From Octopus vulgaris (taxonomy: Eukaryota): a stretch of DNA of 64,000 bases. A program made the position numbers and the translations under genes. Below the pieces are notes generated by a model that worked only from the letters and a program-made list of their open reading frames with translations, was not told where the DNA came from and ran no database searches. This document shows positions 55,660-64,000 of this stretch, in pieces; position 1 is the first letter of the stretch; each line of letters begins with the position of its first letter. Location: NCBI GenBank assembly GCA_951406725.2, contig OX597817.1:112282001-112346000 (forward strand), in the 5' to 3' direction.

Positions 55660-56980
55660 TAACTGGTGTACCAGGTAGTTCCCGGAGAGAAAAGATGTTC
55701 TATTGAAATGCCTTATTACTTTGATATAAGAAAGCAATTTCTTTATAACTGCCACAAAAGGTGTATTTTCCATCACGGAAAAGTACAAAAATCTGTCAAC
55801 TGGAGGAGAGAGAGATTGCTGGAGGTTGGTGAGACAGGTTATATAAATATATAAATGAATTGTTTGAAGAAAGTGCAATAATAACATTCACACTCACTGA
55901 TGGTCGCTCTCAGTGACTGTCTTTAGCTTACGGAGTTCTTGTTTTTATAACTATTGAAAAGCAGCCGTATTGTTGAGAACATGATTTTGCTGGAGACCTG
56001 TTATCTCCATTCCAGCCAGTGATGGCCTAGAAGAGGTTAGAAGGGTCAAGTGGCAAAGACATTATTCTGCTTAGCGAAGGCATCTAGGAGATGCATAATT
56101 GCTGTCATTCACAGAAAAACTATTGTTTTACCGTGAGAAAAGCACTGTTGAAGTGTTAAGTGAAATTTGGCAATCGAATCCACGCTATGCTCACATGAAG
56201 CTACTACAAATACGTTGTGGAATAAAAAATTTATCAACTGTCATGGAAAAAGTGTAACTGTAAAAATGCAGAATTATCAGAGTAATGGGCATTCAAAAAA
56301 GTATGTATGTATAGAAATGTATGAATGAAGTTTTTAAAGTTTAAGATTCAAATTAAGGAAGTGCAATAATAATGTTTAGCAGTTCAAAACTGTGAGTAGT
56401 GAAATGCAGAAATAGGTTGGCTGATCGTGAGAATCATATATTGATCACTTCGCTAATAACTGCAGGTGGTATGGGTTATTTCCCTTGGGTTGTTTAAATA
56501 AAATATTAGTAATATATAGTAGATAGAAGAATCCATTGGAGGAGCCCTATTATCGATTTTTTCCAACAATCTAAGTATGTCACAAGGTTTCCAGACATGA
56601 GTTCTACACATGTGTCAAATAAAGTGATTTTGTCTGCAAAAAGTAGAAATTGGACACACAAAAAAATCGATATTCAAAGTAATTGAACATAAACAACGAA
56701 ATGGACCATTTCCCTCGAGTGTTTAAAAATAAATATTGTGCAGATGCTATGGGTTATTTCCCTTGGGTGTTTAAAAAGAAAATTAGTTATATGAGGTAGA
56801 TGTAAATGTCCCTTCCAGGGGCCGTATTATCGATTTTTTCAACAATTTAAGTATGTCATAAGGTTTCCAGACATGAGTTCTACTCACGTGGCAAGTTTCA
56901 TTAAAATTAATAAAATGATGTAAGAGGAATTAGCTAACAACGCCATGAACAAACACACAACGATTTTCCACATATGTAGG
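55657..56980 (+). mobile_element. Helentron-like non-autonomous element with internal duplication (about 56470-56620 and 56750-56890)
   Basis: TACTA start in (TA)n; end motif gcaagtttcattaaaat...aacaaacacacaac; duplicated atgggttatttcccttggg...ccagacatgagttctac block. Confidence 0.5.
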
Positions 56981-57056
56981 ATATATATATATATATATAT
57001 ATTTAGTGTAGGAAGAAATGGAGCTGAACGAAGATTTAACAAAATTCCTTTTTATT

Positions 57057-57142
57057 ATTTTCTACATATGTTTCAAAGGCTGCAAAGTCCCTAATTCGGA
57101 TTGAATAAGGAGACCATTTTGCAGCCTTCTCTTCAGGAAAAT
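57057..57142 (-). ncRNA. Intact type I hammerhead with 12-bp stem II, inside a ~500-bp element (57002-57502) bounded by (TA)n
   Basis: Minus strand attttc-CTGAAGA-gaaggctgcaaa...tttgcagccttt-GAAAC-atat-GTA-gaaaat. Confidence 0.8.
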
Positions 57143-57934
57143 CCAGGAACTTAATTCTCCAACAAAATGCACATCAAGCTTTTCGACAAACGCTCACGAG
57201 GAGCCCATGGGATAAATGGCACAAAACTGTCTCTCAATATGCGTTGACGCCAGGCTGGGTGAAAGCCAACGAAAAAGTCTGTTGAGATAAATCAAGGTCA
57301 AAATCCGGCTAACAGGGGGGAGGGTTACAGGAAAATCAAAGAGTGAGAATGTATTCTGTATGACTGGTGTTAATATTCGAATTGTTTTAAGAATGAGTGC
57401 TATAGTGTTTGGGTGTGAGAAATTGCCTATGTGATTTTTGCTACCCAGGTATCGGTTATCTTTTGAATAATCCGTAACATTATTGAATTATCCATTTCAA
57501 TAATATATATATATATATATATATAAATTTAAAGCAAATAGAAAATGGAGAAATATTGATTAACAACAATTGACTTACATCAAGTATTATTTTTTAATTC
57601 AATACAAATATACTGCATCCCATCTAACAACTGTTTCTGCTTCCAATGTTATATGGTATTGCCATTGATATGCTGAAAATAATATTCATAATATTTGCTA
57701 GTAAAACCAGTCTAGAACATGGAGCTACATCAGAGTGAAAAAAATACATACATAAAAGAAAAGAAGAAGAGTCTAGAGAGGAAAAGGAAAGGCTGAATAT
57801 GTTTAAATAATACCATTTTGCTTATGGACACATAAGCAAAATGGTATGTGCAACATCTTAAATAATCATATGTATGCATAATAAAATGTGTATAATAATG
57901 GAATATGTGTGCATGATAATGTGTGCATAACAAC

Positions 57935-59186
57935 AGAAGATGTCATTGCACAGGTATCAAACCCACCTAACTGGAAAGCGGCAGGGCCAGATGGAATTCA
58001 AGGCTACTGGCTCAAGTGGTTTAGGTCAACACACAAATGAACTGCATTGCAATGAGTTACCTATTGAGTGGTGCAGTTCCGGAGTAAGTTGTAGAACGAA
58101 AGACAACATTGTTGATGAAAGATCAGTCAAAGAGCAATGAGGTTGGCCAATTGCTGACCCATAGAATTGCCAAATGGAGAGTGAATGGAAGACCCGGATG
58201 ATGATGGGTACAAGTACCTTGGGATCCTTAGAGTTGGACAATATCTTGCACAGAGAAATGAAAGACAAGATCATCACTGCATATTTGAAGCACCTCAAAC
58301 TTCTCTTGAAATCAAAATTGAACTCAAGGAACCTTGTGATTGCCATCAACAAATGGGCTGTTGCTGCTGTCCGCCATAGTGCATCCGTCCTGAAATGGAC
58401 ATGAGAAGAGATTAACCAATTCACTTGCAATACTCAAAAGACAATGACAATGCATGGTGCCTTCCAGCTTAAGGCAAACATACACAGGCTCCACATGAAT
58501 AGGTGTAAAGGTGGACGTGGGCTGATTAGCGTATAGGAGTGCATCAACATGGAAAGAAGAAACATGGCGGAGTATTTGGTAAGCAGCAAACAAGACCTGC
58601 TACAGTATACTGCTAATGCAGAAGGATTTACCAAAAATGGACTTGAGAAGGCTAATCAATTCTGATCACGAATAGCCAACAGGAAAAAAGAAACTCTTCT
58701 CTACATGGAATTACATGGTCAGTTCCACTGTGAAACTAACAACTTAAAAGACCAGGAAGCATCATGGAGGTGGCTCAGCAAGGGTGACCATAAAAAGAAA
58801 ACTGAAAGCCTAATCATTGCCACTCAGGATCAGGCATTGAAATACCAACTCAGTGAAAATGAATATGTACCACACAAGTACACTCTGCAGAATGTGTGGG
58901 AAGAGGGTTGAAAGCATGACTCACATTGTTAGTGCTTGTGAGTCTTGTGCAGAAAGAGTACAAATGTAGGGACAACAAAGTAGCCCAAAACCTTACTGGC
59001 TACTATGCCAGAAGTATGGATACAAGGTAACGGGTGCTTAGTACAAACATACACTGGAAAAGGTAATGGGTGACAAGGGGAAAGCAAAAGTCCTCTGGGA
59101 CTTTAACTTCCAGACAGACAAGGTGTTAGAGCACCGAGTGCTGGATATAGTAATCTTTAGGAAGGTCAAACAAGAGTGCCTAATAA
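57935..59186 (+). mobile_element. R4/Dong-like LINE fragment, decayed
   Basis: GYKYLGILE, LLLKSKLNSRNLVIAINKWAV, LHGQF..WRWL.KG..KK.TESLIIATQDQAL. Confidence 0.78.
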
Positions 59187-59387
59187 TGAGTTGATTACAT
59201 CAACCCCAGTGTTTCACTGGTACTTAATTTATTGACCCCGAAAGGATGAAAGGCAATGTTGACCTTGGCAGAATTTAAACTCAGAACATAGCAACAGACG
59301 AAATACTGTCAAGCATTGTGCTAGGTGTACTAACAATTCTACCGGCTCACCACCTTAATAATAACAATAATAATAATAATAATAATA

Positions 59388-59434
<47 letters not shown>

Positions 59435-59462
59435 AAGAAGAAGAAGAAGAAGAAGAAGAATA

Positions 59463-59861
59463 CACAAGATGAAGAGTGCAATGCAATTGCAATAGATATT
59501 TTATTTTTGAATGATATTTTGACAGCAAACCTGTCTTTGTTGAATTCAAAATAAAGAGTGATAAAAATTGAAAATTATAGAAATTCAAATCTAAAATATG
59601 AGCAAGAGCAACCAGCATCCATACATTGATGGAACGACTTCATGTTAAAGACTGATAATGTCATTCCATCAACGTATGGATGCTGATTGCTCTTGTTCTT
59701 TACATTCTGATCTCAAATTCTGCCAGGGTTGACTTTACCTTTTATCCTTTCATTGTCAATAAAATAAGTACCAGTTGAACACTGGGGTTGATGTAATCGA
59801 CTCATCCTCTCCCACAAAATTGCTGCACTTGTGGCAAAATTTAAAGCTATTATTATTATTA

Positions 59862-59955
<94 letters not shown>

Positions 59956-60155
59956 CATCATCTTAAAGACTAATGATGTCATTCCATCAATGTATGGATG
60001 CTAGTTGCTATCGTTCATATTTTAGATTTGAATTTCTATAATTTTCAATTTTTATCACTTTTCAGTTTGACATCAACAAAAAACAGGCTTGCTGTCGAAC
60101 TATCATTCAACCTATAAAATATCTACTGCAATCACATCATGCTCTTTGCATTGTC
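59463..60155. mobile_element. Fold-back/MITE-like element with about 185-bp inverted arms, interrupted by a SINE and (TAA)n
   Basis: gtgataaaaattgaaaattatagaaattcaaatctaaaatatga...catccatacattgatggaa is the reverse complement of 59981-60058. Confidence 0.7.
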
Positions 60156-60193
60156 TGTTTACCTTTTTGAAGAGTTATGTCAATCCTTTTAAA

Positions 60194-60245
<52 letters not shown>

Positions 60246-60254
60246 CATAATAAT

Positions 60255-62880
<2,626 letters not shown>

Positions 62881-62928
62881 CTATGATCCCACATCATTTG
62901 CCTTCTTTCTCAATTAACACTATATTTA

Positions 62929-62969
<41 letters not shown>

Positions 62970-63006
62970 GTTGTTGTTGTTATTGACAATATTTGTTTGA
63001 TGACAA

Positions 63007-63046
<40 letters not shown>

Positions 63047-63237
63047 TGTACATTTAAACACATAAGAGATGGCCATAACAGGACATCTGACAATCTCTTA
63101 TGTGTTTAAATGTTCACTATTTTTATATGAATAATATATAGTCTATTGACTAATTTTTTCTTCTCACTAGACCACTGGTAGCAAAGAATTTTCTAAATTT
63201 TATTTTTTGCTACCCTAAGATTTATTAAATATATATT

Positions 63238-63278
<41 letters not shown>

Positions 63279-63379
63279 TAAATATAATATTCAATTGTGA
63301 AAGAAAAATGCACAAAGTATACATTCATTTGATCAATCACAGCCATTCAGTAAAGCATACAGAACTATTTTTATAACAG

Positions 63380-63573
63380 GTGTTCTCCAGGTCTTTGTAC
63401 GCAAGCATCAACTGGTCAAGTCGTCAATCCATCAGCAAGAATTGGACTTACAGCCTATTGTACAGAAGGTTGCCAAACTGATGAGAAAAGCTATGAGTAT
63501 ACTTGGGAATTATTTTACTATGAATATCGATGGGACTGGCGCAAGATTAAGAATATGTCAGAATATGTAGCAG
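63380..63573 (+). CDS. PKD1: Polycystin-1-like exon M (REJ: CSPGLC...VNPSARIGLTAYC..C...YTWEL), phase 2 to 1; gene continues beyond window
   Basis: ataacag|g acceptor and gcag|gtaagg donor; phase matches exon L; VNPS..L...C..C...Y.W is characteristic of REJ. Confidence 0.88.
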
Positions 63574-64000
63574 GTAAGGATTAACTAGAGCAATCAAGTT
63601 ACTGCAGGGGTGAGAAAGCTTCATTTAATTCTTGCTAGTGTGCTAAACACTGAGAAATTTATGTATACTTGCAACTGGCTGTCTCTGCCACACAGTTTCA
63701 ATTCTTGGCTATCTATCTTCCAGTTCATTTACTTTCATACAAAATATAAAAACTCCCAGTATGTCATATACAAAAGTAATGTTTGTAAACAAAATGAAAT
63801 ATATTTTAAAATTAACGATGTTTGTCTGTTTTTGTCAATGGTAACCAGAACATCACATGGGACATGAAGATGTATCATGGTGCATCTAACTGTGACTAAT
63901 CAGGCTGATGCAGGCTCATAAGGTGTTGCTACAGGTTGGGCACTGGTGATCTGCAGGGAATGAAGGCAAGGAGTTGGCTCTGGGCTTGCACAGCTCATGC

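Overview
AT-rich, microsatellite-dense eukaryotic DNA; the repeat landscape suggests a coleoid cephalopod, probably Octopus (inference). The window lies inside one large + strand gene encoding a polycystin-1 (PKD1)-like protein. I read 13 GT-AG exons (8613-63573) whose splice phases all join into one open frame of about 1634 codons: WSC, PKD/Ig, a Cys-rich LDL-A-like module, about 9-10 further PKD repeats and the start of the REJ module. Both gene ends lie outside the window, and no C-type lectin exon was found. The introns hold decayed mobile DNA: tRNA-derived SINEs, R4/Dong-like LINE fragments in (TAA)n tracts, RTE, Hero-like, Gypsy, Tc1/mariner, Helentron-like elements and MITEs. The most notable hidden signal is a dense set of about a dozen type I hammerhead ribozyme motifs linked to Penelope-like elements. 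These include a GIY-YIG element with an inverted pseudo-LTR (2844-7300) and a fold-back non-coding element joining a tRNA-like Pol III head, an (AAT)n spacer and a hammerhead (9166-9776, second copy 51234-51758). The latter looks like a Penelope-mobilised ribozyme SINE. Nearly all other ORFs in the supplied track are microsatellite artefacts.
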